DNA of 64,000 nucleotides from Dictyostelium discoideum (Eukaryota): NCBI GenBank assembly GCA_000004695.1, contig CM000152.2, positions 3,776,001 to 3,840,000 of the forward strand, read 5' to 3'. Shown piece by piece: positions 63,761 to 64,000 of this stretch (position 1 is its first letter; each line of letters starts with the position of its first letter). The notes under the pieces were generated by a model. It saw only the letters and a program-made list of their open reading frames with translations, ran no database searches and was not told where the DNA came from. The position numbers and the translations under genes were made by a program.

Positions 63761-64000
63761 TAATCTCTAATCTCTAATAATTGACATTAACCATAATATT
63801 ATTGATAAATCTTTCTTTTATTTAACATTTGACTGGTACCTACGTTTAAAAATAAAATTTTTGATGAAAAAAAAAATTAAATTATTTTTTTGTTTTTTTT
63901 TTTTTTTTTCAAGTGTTTTAATGTTTTTATCAATTTTTTTTTTTTTTTTTTTACTACGATCAGTTCCCCAATCAGTGATTACAATCCAAAATAAAAAGTC

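Overview
This 64 kb window is AT-rich eukaryotic nuclear DNA with the hallmarks of a Dictyostelium (social amoeba) chromosome. Intergenic regions are roughly 80-85% A+T, with long poly(dA)/poly(dT) tracts. Coding (AAT)n and (CAA)n repeats give polyN and polyQ runs. Introns are short (70-200 bp), extremely AT-rich and bounded by GTAAGT/GTATGT...AG. It is not a prokaryotic locus. I find no operons, no CRISPR array, no defence-island style system, and I will not invent one. I hand-built about 30 protein-coding gene models, splicing them by reading across phase-consistent GT..AG junctions. The recognisable products are: thioredoxin reductase (5' part); KRR1; an NRF-domain acyltransferase-3 membrane protein; a sarcosine/pipecolate-oxidase-like flavoprotein; a GATA zinc-finger factor with an AT-hook; a CDK-like probable pseudokinase; two convergent FNIP-repeat-like ORFs; a six-exon cell-surface glycoprotein of about 1380 aa with an EGF-like module; a Ser/Thr-rich protein ending in a SUMO-like domain; three tandem copies of a small Gly/Ser/His/Cys-rich gene resembling the hssA/2C/7E family, each with a 13-nt first exon, inside a roughly 1.9 kb x3 tandem repeat; an FKBP-TPR immunophilin; a CCHC zinc-knuckle protein; a GST; an actin pseudogene fragment next to an intact Arp4 (BAF53-like) gene; HscB/Jac1; and GPI mannosyltransferase PIG-V. 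There is a 100-N assembly gap at 6956-7055 inside a polyQ/heptad-repeat gene. Many ORFs in the supplied track are artefacts: translations of poly(A/T) or microsatellites, antisense frames of repeat-rich genes, or ORFs whose M is really TTG/GTG. The most interesting items are the triplicated hssA-like array with its dispersed sub-element, the pseudokinase, the actin fragment beside Arp4, the uniformly phase-1 surface-protein gene, the SUMO-like-domain protein, and several decayed or frameshifted coding regions. All coordinates are hand-derived and could be off by a few bases at splice sites.
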